Below are positions 1 to 10,517 of a stretch of DNA of 64,000 nt, one piece after another (positions within the stretch are counted from its first letter, which is position 1; each line of letters opens with the position of its first letter). The translations under genes were made by a program, and so were the position numbers. Under the pieces are notes generated by a model. It saw nothing but the letters and a program-made list of their open reading frames with translations. It was not told the origin of the DNA and made no database searches. Origin of the DNA: Enoplolaimus lenunculus (lineage: Eukaryota); assembly GCA_030248215.1 (NCBI GenBank), contig JASANG010000266.1:310001-374000 (forward strand). Direction: 5' to 3'.

Positions 1-85
1 GATTTTGTTTACAAAATTTGATTTTCTTTACAAAATTTGATTTTTTTTACAAAATTTGATTTTGTTTACAAAATTTGACTTTTTC
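1..85. repeat. ~19-bp minisatellite (gattttgtttacaaaattt)
   Basis: About four degenerate copies at the window start. Confidence 0.8.
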
Positions 86-1879
86 CAAATCTTAAAGTCA
101 TTCCTTGCACCAAAAGGTTTCTGTCCAAATTTAAACTCGTGTATCATTTGGCACAGCATACGCCACAATGATTGTTTCAAAATTATGATATATCCAAATT
201 GAAAATATTCACGTTTCAGTTAGTAGTTTTGAGTCTTACGAAAACAAAGAAAAGAAAATTATTGTGGGGTATTTTAGATGTGTAATTTTTCTGGAAGATG
301 GTACGTTTTCAAAATAGTGACGTTCATTTTTATAAAATAGACTATTTCAGGTTTGCAAGCGTATATATACAGCCACGGGGGTAACATTGTGTTAATGGTT
401 ATCTCGTAAACCACATCACAAATCCAACCATATATCGTTCATATTGCTTCCAAAGCTGGAAATTCATGTGGCGGTATAAGCCCCATCACTACCGCAGCAA
501 CAAAGCATGATTGATCAACTTACTTTGGGCTCAACTCACAATGATTAGTTATATATTAATCAAGAAAACTACTTAGCAAATGGCAGGGCATATTATTACG
601 TATGCAGTATGAGAATTGGAGGTGAACCAGAACTAGTTTGTTAGTTGCAACCAAACAGGTGCCAGCAGGCAGGAGTGAGTGCTCTCCCTACGCATTTTAA
701 AACTTCGGCGGTTTTTGTTTCAAACGGTTAGGGTGGGGTCCTCTTTAAGGCTGGGACCCCCATTGGCTGTTCCGGCTCCTGGATGTGGTAATTAGCCACG
801 GCGACAATTGCTGGCTTTGTTTACTTTGTTTGATGGCCATATTGGCTATATGGTTGAATTTATTTCACGGTTAGGAAACATGATTTATATAATAAACCTG
901 AAACGTTCACTAAAATTTTTTACTTGTTTACTTCGATTAAATAACAGCCTGGAAATTTCAAAACTTTTGAAAGTGTTTTTGATTCGACGATTTCAATCTT
1001 TCGAACCTCAATCACATCATCAGACGCTTCATCTGAAAAGAAAATGTTAAACTTTAAAACCAAGTTTTGTAAGCCAATGTCTAAAAGGTTACAGTACCAG
1101 TCTCAATTGGCTAAAAAAATTGTAGCGTTTGTACAATGAAAGATTAAAACGACAGTTTATGTTTAGCTATTCATTTACGTTATTCTAATGGCGCTTATCG
1201 TGTCTTGTTTTCTTCGCAATCTATATATGAAAGCTGGAAAGCCTCACATACGTATTTTGAAAAACTTTCCAGCGTTACTTTGTTTACAATTATTTCTTAA
1301 GAAATACACGTGATTGTTCTATGGAAAAAAATTTGCAAAGAAATTTTTGTGCTTTCGCTAGCTTTTGCGCATTGTGCAAAGCTGGCAGACTAGTATAAAA
1401 CGCTAAAACTGCTTGTTGCTTTTAAGTTGTTATATGTTCTTGTTACCTGACTTAGTGACACAAAGAAATGCTTTCATCATAAAGCAATGTAAACAAAAGG
1501 TAATTTTAATAATAGAATGTACAATTCGTCGCCGATTCAGCTTGTTATTCATAGTTTAGGTAAGTCTAAACGTTATTAGCATATTCCTAAGCCTAACTCA
1601 AAGCCTAATGCTAGACAACAAATTTATTCAATTAACAAAAGTTTAGATTGCAAGTCTACTGTTGATCGACGAGTTATTGGCGACTAATCGTTGCGATACC
1701 GCAACATTGGAATTGTGCTTTGAAAAGGGCTTATTCGGTGCAGTAATTAATGGAACTCCCTATGCGGTCGAAACTGCCGACAAATAAATACCATATATAC
1801 CAGATTCTTTTCAAATTAACGTCATACTCTAAATTCTTACTTTCCCATTGACAAAATTATATTGAGACCGGACGCATTA

Positions 1880-2098
1880 TCAAACTATTAAGACAAAAAA
1901 TAGTAAAATAAAAGCACATATGAATACCAGCAAAGCAACAGCGGCACACATACCACATTTCCTTGACAATTTTGGTACTAAATAAAACCGATCGAACAAT
2001 TTGCCTTCATTACGTCGTCTATTGACGCAATCTTTAAAACTTTGTGCAGTAATATCGACACCGCTATCTGCAGCTGCCAAATCGCTGCTGTGCCCACT
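1880..2098 (-). CDS. Possible terminal exon of a tail-anchored membrane protein
   Basis: Acceptor ccgtttag; basic KLSRK then about 21 hydrophobic residues ending at the stop; no upstream exon found. Confidence 0.25.
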   Translation of the reverse strand, partial: SGHSSDLAAADSGVDITAQSFKDCVNRRRNEGKLFDRFYLVPKLSRKCGMCAAVALLVFICAFILLFFVLIV

Positions 2099-3009
2099 AA
2101 ACGGCAAATAGATGTGTACAATAGTAAGAAAAAGCACTAATTTTGCAGCAAATCCGAACGAATGTCTAAATAATTGGACGCTCGTCCGTCTTTGAACCGC
2201 TTTCAACCATGCTTTAGCCATTATTTTTTTGGAAATTTTCGCGTGTGTAACAACAAATCAGATTTAAGTTATATTATTAACGGTAAGCCAATTACAGTTA
2301 TTAATAATACTAGTGACAGCATATATACATTACAATAGTATACTATTACGCTAAAATAGCAGACAATTTGACAAGATTACATGGTTAATGACGGCATGTA
2401 ACTAGAACTTGGTCAAGAGAGCTCGAAGTTTTCAAACTGACTTTATCTTCGCCTATGAAAACTTTTTGCCCTGCTTGTAGCGGTTTCTGAAATTAATCGC
2501 TTGCTCCAAATCAGAATAAAAAGAAAAGTCAGAGCTGTATAAAATTTTTCAATTCTAAACAGCGCGAGATATAAAAACCGATGAGTGTCCTAAACCTGAA
2601 CACGTATCTGCCGAGGTTCTGGCTACGATATTTTAAGTGTCAATTGTGGTTCAGTTTTAGTCCAAACAACTGCTGGAATGCAAACGGATTTTGATTGGTT
2701 GTTCAGCGTTTATAGTTGGTTCTTATTTTTCTAGTACCGTGCACTCCTCCAATAAAAATCAGTTTGCATTACAGCAGAGCCTTGTACGTCGTTCACTCCA
2801 CATTACTTGCATTTAAAACTGAATATTGCTGACATAAATTAAGTGAAAATTTGCCCCCTCCCTCACCCAACATTTCAGTTGTGTGGGTGGAAGTAAAAAC
2901 GACCCTCTTAAGTTTAGACAATAGGATTTAGTTTATATAGGTTAGTCTTTGCGCTTAGGCATAAGCTAACGGTAAAGAGATGTATAAGTGGCAAAAACTG
3001 ATTCCAGTG

Positions 3010-3320
3010 CTGCAATCTTGGCTGTCCTGCAGCCCCGGCTGTCGTACAGTCATGGCTGTTTTGTAGTCCCGGCTGTCCTCCTGCCGATCTGTCCTGATGT
3101 TCCTGCTGGCCCCCTATTTCAATTGTCCTGCTGTCCCGGCTATCCTTCTGTTCGGAACTCACCGGATGTCTTGATGTTCCGCGTATTTTGCAGTCCCATC
3201 TGTTTTGCGTTCCGGCTGTCCTCCTATCCCGACTGTCCTGCTGATCCTGCTGTCCTCTTGTCCCAGATATCCTGCTGCCCCGTCTGTCATCTTGTCGTGG
3301 TTGCACTGTTGTCCCGCTCC
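3010..3320. repeat. Low-complexity CTGTCC/CCTGCT-rich degenerate repeat
   Basis: Recurrent ctgtcc motifs; ORFs are open on both strands. Confidence 0.65.
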
Positions 3321-3463
3321 ACCAACTTTGACAAAAATCTTCTGGCCCCAAAGCAGGAGTGATTCATATTTACTCCGTCACTTAGCTGTATTTGGTCAGC
3401 GAGATGGCCCTCAGAGTAACATTGGCCGTTGTTGTTCTTATAATAAATTGATATTTTGAACAG

Positions 3464-4186
3464 TGTCAGTCTAGGTATGCGCCACGCAGCCCGCCTGTCC
3501 AACTGCATTTTTCATCGACTATATTTGTCGACCGTATGCTGCTGGCTAGCATACATACAGTGCACTGCACTATATTGCATGTGCACATAACGGACAAGCA
3601 TGTCTCACATGCTTACATGCCCTTATTTTCAACAAGGTCGACTGGATAGCGTGCTCATAGCGCGGCAATTTGCCATTGCGCTCACGGCGTAGCCCCCATG
3701 TCAGTCAAGGTAGGAACCGGGACATCAGACCTTTTTACTAAGCAGCTGGGAACGCGGGCTACAGCGGGGATCGAACTCTCAGCCTACATATCCTTAAGCG
3801 AACACTTTGCATTTATTGCATATGCACCAGGACAAATGTCAGTCAAGGTAGGAATCGGGCATTGCGCTCACGGCGTAGCCCCCATGTCAGTCTTGGTAGG
3901 AACCGGGACATCAGACCTTTTTACTAAGCAGCTGGAAAAGCAGGCTAGAGCGGGGATCGAACTCTCAGCCTACGGATCCTTAAGCGAACACTCTACCACT
4001 GCGCTACGCAGCCCGCCTACGGATCCTTAAGCGAGCACTCTACCACTGCGCCACGCAGCCCGCCTGTCTAACTGCATTTTTCATCGACTATATTTGTCGA
4101 CCGTATGCAGCCGGCTAGCATACATACAGTGCACTGCACTATATTGCATATGCACATAACGGACAAGCATGTCTCGCATGCTTACA
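3464..4186 (-). mobile_element. Miniature non-autonomous LTR retroelement (TRIM-like) with tRNA-like sequence in its LTRs; multi-LTR copy
   Basis: On the minus strand it starts TGTAAG (4186) and ends CTGACA (3464). Perfect 5-bp TSD AACAG (3459-3463 and 4187-4191). PBS TGGGGGCT directly follows the LTR ends at 3885 and 3699. Purine tract GAAAATAAGGG precedes the LTR starting at 3617. A box TAGCGCAGTGG and B box GAGTTCGATCC lie in 3943-4013. Confidence 0.85.
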
Positions 4187-4737
4187 AACAGGACAAACAG
4201 TACACCATGGTTGGGATCCTAAAAACGTTCACGTGGCGCAAGCTAGCGTCAGGCATGTTTCTGCTCAAAGTATTTCGTTTAAATATTCTGAGAAAGCGTG
4301 GGCAGCACGAATGCATATCAACAAGATTATACAACAAAATGCTGACACGCGTATTTTAAATTTTCCTAAAGTTACAAAATTTACGTGAATATTAGTTTTT
4401 ACAATTATCAATATATATGTAGTGCGCAGTACACGGCGCCTTTCTTACATATATATTTAGTGCGACGTAGGCTACGTTTTGCCCATCCATTATTAAGTGT
4501 AACGCTGAATCGGTAGTTGCAGCGTTTTACAAGTCATGAATTTCGCTCACAAAAATATCGTCACATTTGTCGTAAAACAACGTTTAATATACACATTTTC
4601 GAGATACACACCGAAACTGACTACCAGCATTTACTTTGACTTCTAAGCTGTTTGTGCTATGCATAAAAACTACTTTTGAATTAAAAGTTTTAATTTACTG
4701 TAAAATTAATAAAAGTTCAAGCAGAGTATTTAGTTTC

Positions 4738-4877
4738 GTTGTTGTTGTTGTTGTTGTTGTTGTTATTGGTTGTTGTTGCTGTTGTTGTTGTTATTGTTGT
4801 TTTTGGTGTTGGTGTTGGCGTTGTTGTTGTTGTTGTTGTTTTTGTTGCTGATGGTGTTGGTGTTGGTGGTGTTGACG

Positions 4878-4957
<80 letters not shown>

Positions 4958-5167
4958 GCTGTTGTGGTTTGTGGTGGTGGTGGTGTTGTTGTTGTTGGTG
5001 TTGGTGGTGTTGTTGTTGTTATTGGTTGTTGTTGCTGTTGTTGTTGTTGTTGTTTTTGGTGTTGGTGTTGGGGTTGTTGTTGTTGTTGTTGTTGTTGCTG
5101 ATGGTGTTGGTGTTGGTGGTGGTGGTGTTGACGTTGTTGTTGTTGTTGCTGTTGTTGTTGGTGGTGG

Positions 5168-5237
<70 letters not shown>

Positions 5238-5316
5238 GCTGCTGCTGTTGTTGTTGTTGTTGTTGCTTCTGCTGCTGTTGTTGCTGTTGTTGTTGTTCTC
5301 GTCGTCGTTGTTGTTG
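4738..5316. repeat. Interrupted (GTT)n microsatellite
   Basis: Directly visible; explains the poly-V/L/C/N ORFs. Confidence 0.97.
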
Positions 5317-6795
5317 CCGGGGTGCTTTAAATATTGCGACAACAATTGAGCACTACAGTTGCCGTTTTTATATGGATTTGGTCATAATTTGAGGATTGCT
5401 TTGAAATCGAAAGTCAAGAACAGAAACAAAACAATACCGGCACCGAGCCTGTATTCAAAGGGACGGTCATGAGAGGTTCAACAGCCACTTGGTTAATTTT
5501 AGCTCAACCATCTGGCGAAAGCTGACACTTTACTTTAATCCCACTGCGATAAACGTGTGGACGTGGAAAACAGTTTGTTTTTCATTTCGTGTTATTTAGT
5601 AAGACGCTGTGCGAATTGACGAACACATGTGCCCTTAATCTTCATTTATAAGCAATTTTTGATGTTGTTTCAGGCGCGGATCCGGGGTTTTTAAAAAAGG
5701 ATGGCTCAATTGATAAACGAGGACAATATGTAATTATTCTAAATACACTTTAAGTTTTAATTGTCGTTGAGTTTTTTGCCGCTAAATTTTATTGTTCGCA
5801 ATTTTTCTGGAAGTTTCGGCTCTTTTCAGGTAATATGTTTCGGCCAGCTGGTGTTTATCTAAAAATGGTTAGATTTTGAAAATTGTTGCATATTTGCGTT
5901 TCTCACTACCTCCCCTGATAATTGCGAAATTAGGTTTAAATTTTTTTGAAACATTAGATTTTTTTAAGATTCTAAAAGCCCACCCTTGGGATCGGAACTA
6001 TGTTTTCAAAATTCGGTTTCAAATTAACAAGAACAAAAGTCACCGAGCTGCAAGTGGGCTCAGCTTGCTTTCAGTCGTCTTCGCATCCCCAACAAGACGT
6101 TTTCAAGAAAATCCTAGCGAGCTGTACCTAAAGTTGTTGTAATGATTTTCAATGTTTGAGCGAATATGCTTCTCTGAAATTCATTAAATGTATAAACTTT
6201 CATTAGTATATTGTTTCTTACATATGTCAATTTTTTTAAATTGTTTATAACATTAATTTAATGTTGAAAGTTACGCCAAGCTTTTCGCTCAGTTTACAAG
6301 GTCGTCCGTTTTCCTAAAGAGTAAAGATAAATTTTGTAGTCCTGGCTGTGCATACTTTGCTAATCTAGAACTGAACTCTGGTGCACGTTTCTCCAAATGT
6401 TTAGAAATCGGCTTAGGCTACGAAAAGGATTGGCCAAGACGAAAGCTTTGTCTAAGCCTTTACCTAAGCCTTGAAGCCTAATCCTCAAGCTTATGTGTGG
6501 AATGAAAAAGTACTAGAGCATAAAAAATGTTTACCACAAAATGTTTTGCTTAGCATGGCATACACAATATCGGCGCTTGCCGTCGTTGTTAATACCCGCA
6601 TTTAAGCCTGTGTCAACTTCACTGTAAATTGCAGTGGGTTTATTTTTAACTCAGAATGAATCGAATCCACCCACAAGTCTCAACTCTGCGTTAGGTCTTT
6701 TAGAACTCCGAATTCTGACCTGAACAAACTCATTCTAAGTCAATCAACCCACCTTGAATGAAATCAGCTCAAAATGATTTAATATTTACTGTTAT

Positions 6796-6969
6796 CAGTG
6801 GCGGATCCAGGATCTGAGAATGGGGGGGGGCAAAATTTCACAGGTAATAAACTTACTTTTGACCCATACACAAACCACGAACTATTGTAACAAAATTGTT
6901 ATATAATTTTTGTCGAGATGCCGTTAGGGGGGGCACGGCCGGGGTGGGGCCCCCATGGATCCGCCATTG
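6796..6969. mobile_element. hAT-type MITE
   Basis: TIR cagtggcggatcc/ggatccgccattg; perfect 8-bp TSD ACTGTTAT; appears nested in a CACTG-ended element at ~6620-7038. Confidence 0.88.
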
Positions 6970-7304
6970 ACTGTTATTAAATAATAAATAACTAATTCTC
7001 TGTCTGAGTGAATTATCAACCAACTGGAACTTACAGTGCTGTAAATACGTATATACTTCTAAAATTTATATACACTAAAAATTAAAATCTAAAACCTTGA
7101 ACGTGTGTATATATTACTTCATGTATATATACGACACAGTTGTAAATTGCATCATAGTTTTTTAGACCTAAATGAAACAATCTCTGCTCAAAATAATATA
7201 TTTTCAGCCTTTTTATGCTGTACTTCGCAGCTGCAGTGTCGTTATTTTGTTAAACTAATTGCTTAATACAGTGTGCAATCTCTTACACAGATAACTGTTA
7301 ACGG

Positions 7305-8212
7305 TAATGTCAGGCTAATTTGCATCGTTTGTTAAGCCTAAATTGGGACTTTTTAATATGTTTAACTAATCATTACGGTTACAAGCAATGTAATTACAGT
7401 TCTAAAAAGTTTTTGGGTGCGAGCAATCTAAATAAAATGTTTATAAACCTCCAGAACCGATAAATGAATAGTTAGCTATTAACTAATTTGCATATTGGCT
7501 TAATTGGTTATGCCTCAATTGAGATTTTTTAAGTTATTTTACTAATTATTAGGGTTACAAGCAATCTAATTTCAATTCTATGGGGTTCGTGAGTGCAAAA
7601 AATGTGAATAAATTGTTTGCAAACCCCTAAAACGCATAATTGAAAAGTTGGCTAATTGCTAATTTGCATATTAGTTTAATTTATTTGCTAAATTAAAACT
7701 TTTTAAGTTATTTCAGTTATTTTGGTTACTGAAAGGTTTTTCGTGCGAGGCATCTAAATAAAATGTTTGCAAACCGCCAGAAGCAATAAAGTGGTAGTTG
7801 GCTAATATCTAATATGTATATTAGTTTAATTGGCTAAGCCTAAATTGTGAATTTTTAAGTTATTTCACTAATTGTTAGGGTTACAAGCGATCTTATTTCA
7901 GCAATAAATGGTTCTTCAGTGCAAGGGATCTCAATAAATTGTCTGCAAAAATTCAAAACCAATAATTTAATAGTTAGCTAATACCTAATTTGCATATTTG
8001 CATAATCGATAAGCCTAAATTAAAACTTTTTGCAATATTTCACTAATTATTAGGGTTCTGAAGGTTTTTGGGGTGCTAGGAATCTGAACAAATTGTTTAC
8101 AAACCTCCAAAACCAATAAATGAAAAGTTAGCTATTAGCTGATTTGAATAATAACTAAATTGCATAAGTGTGTTCGAGCTTCTCTCAATACGTGTAGTTG
8201 CCCTACGGCTGA
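7305..8212 (+). mobile_element. HINE-like element, 3' portion, with an expanded central repeat array
   Basis: About five 150-176-bp units followed by ttcgagcttctct and the hairpin gtagttgccctac. Confidence 0.75.
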
Positions 8213-9120
8213 CAAAGAATTCTCAATCGAAGTTTTAACGGACCATAGACTAAAAACATATTCCTAAACCTAAGCCTGCAGTTAAGCGTTTAAATATTGT
8301 ATGCCTATATAGCCTAGCCTAACCCTAAGCATAAAGCGAGAAATATATTCCGAAATGTAATCCTACACTTTTACAGTCCTATCAGAAAACGGGACATCCC
8401 AAGTATAATATGGGCCAAGGTAATTATTAAGCATTTGCTCAGTTCCGCATCGATGTGGTAACGCAAATTATTGCTTCGTTTCGTTAGGTATTTTGCACCA
8501 GATTAAACCAAGTTGGTTGTCATATTTTCTACCAATGTTGACATTTAACCTACGTTTGATCTTACCCGTTTTAGGAAACTATCGCTATACCGCAATATAC
8601 AACACCGTCAACTAAATCTCTAAAGCATAATATAGCGTAATAAGTGTCACTTCGCTTTAAAGCAAACCTTTCTTATTAACACGCAGCACTTCAGCACGCT
8701 AGCAAAGCCAGGGTGTACACAGGATATTCGTTTTTGTTTTTGGCAAAAATCGGTTTTTGTTTCCGTCACAGAAATATTGAAAATCTGTTATTTTTATGCT
8801 CATAATTATAGTTGTGAATCACAAAGATTGCTCAGTGTTTAATTTACATAAATGCTGCAAATGTTTTGTTCGGTTTGGAGCAAAAATGATAAAATACAGC
8901 CAAAATTTCAAAAAATTTGCGCACAATTTCTTTTGCTTTACAGTTTTCAAAAGACCTCTGAATATTTACCTAAATCAACTGTATTGGTGTGCAAATTAAA
9001 AAAAATTGAGACATTTATACATTAAATATCAGTGTTCGGTTTTTGTTTCCGTTAACTTGATTGCTATCCGTTTCCGTTCCGCTTCCCGATTACACATTGT
9101 TCACGAACTATGAAAACATA

Positions 9121-9567
9121 CTGTACCGACGCGAATAAGAGGGGGACTGATATTTATTTGGCCCCTCCAGAGGATACCCTTCTTGTTATTCGGTTACGGA
9201 CCGTTATTTATTTTTAACCCATGCTCCGCCGCTCTTCGTTACTGATATATAACCGGTAGTGCAATTATCCGTTAAATTAAACTTTTATTTGTCTGGCGTC
9301 AAAAGCTTGAGCGATCATGCAAGGTTATACTGAGGAATATACTTTCAAAATTTAAGTTCGCTTTAAAGATTCGAACTCAATTTTATTTGGTCCTGGAGTC
9401 ATTTATGCACTACAATTAGGAATGACAGACCTTCACGGACTCAAATAAGCATTCAGGGACGCTATCCGCTTGCGGACTATTATTAGAGATACGGACTCCT
9501 ATTGACTGTGACTCAAAATGGGGACCCCCTCTTATTACCCCACACCCTCTTATTCGGGTCACTACAG
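9121..9567 (+). mobile_element. TA-flanked MITE (Tc1/mariner-type)
   Basis: TIR CTGTAGTGACCCGAATAAGAG-like with TA on both sides; other copies at 15569-16010, 18227-18456, ~12441-12635 and ~36745-36855. Confidence 0.85.
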
Positions 9568-10169
9568 TACCTGTTGTGTGTTTAAAATAGAATAGCTGAT
9601 TTAATTCCCAAATCCGTTTGTAATGCCGAAATATTTTTCGTCACTACCAATAGCTGAACAGCCTAATTTATGTGCTTGGAGCATCCTTACCATTAGTCCT
9701 GAATCGTACCGCCTATATATAGCAACACAACTGCGGATGGAGAATATTTGACATTTTAGGTTTGAAACGTCTACCGTAATACGTATTTAGTTCAGCGTGA
9801 CAAATTAGAGATGGGAACATACACTTCAATCCACCAAAGGCGCACAGCCAGAGGGTAGTTTTATTGTGTAGATCCCCAATCAATTAACCAAAAATGTTTA
9901 TTAACCAAAAAGGTTTCGCGATTGTTATAAATGAATTATTAGTAAAATTAAGGCTGATTTCTGGCTAATTTTCACGTTTGTGTAAATTCATGCAATTTAT
10001 TCAAACAATAAGGGACGTATATGTATAAATATATTTTGCATCGATATTAATTAATACTGAAATCGCGTATCGTTTTTCGCTCATGCGATTTCGTTGCAGT
10101 CGTAGAATTGTTTTGACTTATGGATGCTGTCCTATATCTGCTTTTGAAAACTATAAAAGTATACATATA

Positions 10170-10517
10170 TCAATGGCATTTTATTGCTTTTTGTGATTCA
10201 CTGTAAATTCCTGTCAAAAATCGTCGTTTTGCTGGTTTTCCAGTGTCGCTAGTTGAAGACGTCGAATATCGTCCAGGCCCAGTGGCCATTCGCCATTGGC
10301 CACAATATCCCCAAATGCACCGGCCTACCAGCCAACCAGCGGTACACTGTGAGCTTATTCGACAGCGTTTAGCGGTTGCTGAGTGGATGAACAGAAAACA
10401 CATCAAAATGATTAAGAACCAATGACGGGCTGCAGATGGCTTTGTGCGATGTTGTAATCCGATTGAGGTTGATAAATAAATGCCGGGGCAGCCGTGAGGT
10501 GCAGGTATTGATTTCAT
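10170..10517 (-). CDS. Hypothetical small Cys/Trp-rich secreted or membrane-anchored peptide precursor
   Basis: Hydrophobic segment WFLIILMCFLFIHSATA followed by KRCRISSQCTAGWLVGRCIWGYCGQWR; no homolog recognised. Confidence 0.4.
   Translation of the reverse strand: MKSIPAPHGCPGIYLSTSIGLQHRTKPSAARHWFLIILMCFLFIHSATAKRCRISSQCTAGWLVGRCIWGYCGQWRMATGPGRYSTSSTSDTGKPAKRRFLTGIYSESQKAIKCH

Noticed and set aside
2914..3508. Overlapping 73-145 aa ORFs
   Set aside because: Low-complexity repeat open on both strands; no splice or homology support
3464..4186. Simple tRNA-derived SINE
   Set aside because: About 120 bp upstream of the tRNA head travels with it in several copies, the ends are TG..CA, and PBS, PPT and a 5-bp TSD are present
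4636..5349. Poly-V/L/C/N ORFs
   Set aside because: They are translations of the (GTT)n microsatellite
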